Positions 63,111 through 64,000 of a DNA stretch of 64,000 nucleotides are shown here, one piece after another. Numbering within the stretch: position 1 is the stretch's first letter; each line of letters begins with the position of its first letter. The position numbers and the translations under genes were made by a program. Location: assembly GCA_951406725.2 (NCBI GenBank), contig OX597821.1:39184001-39248000 (forward strand), read 5' to 3'. This DNA is from Octopus vulgaris (taxonomy: Eukaryota). Below the pieces are notes generated by a model. It was given only the letters and a program-made list of their open reading frames with translations. It had not been told where the DNA came from and made no database searches.

Positions 63111-64000
63111 CATATAATATATTCTACACTACACATTCTGAATTAACAATTCTAGTGGCTATTACATTGTTATTGTTGTTGCTCTATCATGAAAGACATT
63201 CCAGCTGTGACCACTCTGCCCTGTATTCAGAAATAGTGCCTGTTCTTCTATTAACAATGTGTAATTCCAAGACATTTAGTTGTTATTATTGTTACAAAGT
63301 CTTTGCGCCCACTTCCTGACCAGTGAATCTTCCTTGAGTGAAGTTATGGCTCACAAGAAGTCAGATTTCATCTGTGATATATCTCAAGTTCAGTCTGAGG
63401 AGGAAGGGGTGGAGGAAGAGCAGGAAGAGGTTTGGGAAATAATAAATCATGAGAAAGAACAAGAAAATATGGACAATAAGAATTGTGTGAGGTGAAGATT
63501 TCAGTTATTACTGTCTAAATAGAGAGAGAGAGAAAGAAAGAGTGAGAAAGAGAGAGAGGGTGAATTTCAACCTAGTGGGATTATAGATATTCTTGACTGT
63601 CTTAAGTAATATCTGAGAAAATTTTAGTTGTGAATTATTCAAGTTGTTAGTTTGTAGGATAAAACACCTTGCGTTATTTGTTCCAACTTTCTGGATTCAG
63701 AATTCAAATCTTACCAATGCCAACTTTACCTTTCAATCCTTTTAGGGTCAATAAAATAACAAGTGAAAGGCAGCAGATTGGGAGAACCTTTACCATTTTT
63801 GGTCATGATTCCTTTGGAGTGATTCTCCCAATTGTTTCTGTTCTGTATTCTTGAATGGTAAACTTAATCTTATACTCATTTTAGCACCACACTCTGATCT
63901 TTGGGTGCCTTTAGCAGGACCCATTCTGTTGTAAGTATTGGAACCAGGGCTCTGGGTGAAGAATAACTCTTTTTCATACACCAGTCTTGAAGGACCCGAA

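Noticed and set aside
63280-63495. Acidic ORF (SEEEGVEEEQEEVW...) as a coding exon
   Set aside because: Purine-rich low complexity, no convincing splice pair and no domain.

Overview
AT-rich, repeat-dense eukaryotic DNA, most likely an octopus (coleoid cephalopod) genome. That call rests on my recognition of the SINE families and the (TA)n/(AAT)n/(GAT)n microsatellite load, not on a database search. I can support no host protein-coding gene. Almost all ORFs in the track are microsatellite read-through or transposon remnants, so the window looks intergenic or deep-intronic. It contains at least four high-copy SINE/non-autonomous families, RTE, R4/Dong and CR1/Jockey-type LINE fragments, mariner and DD37D (maT) transposase pseudogenes, piggyBac-type (TTAA) and hAT (8-bp TSD) MITEs, a Helentron-like element and a young 7 x 108-bp tandem array. 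The most striking structure is a set of fold-back elements tied to Penelope-like retroelements (PLEs). (i) At 20.4-20.9 kb a minimal hammerhead ribozyme sits with a head-to-head palindrome of two tRNA-like Pol III heads inside inverted terminal arms. (ii) At 30.8-32.9 kb a Naiad-type PLE remnant (N-terminus plus GIY-YIG) has nested inverted arms and an embedded 408-bp near-perfect inverted duplication of neighbouring DNA. (iii) Several (TA)n-anchored long hairpins occur at 37.6 and 52.3-54.2 kb, one with degenerate hammerhead cores in its loop.
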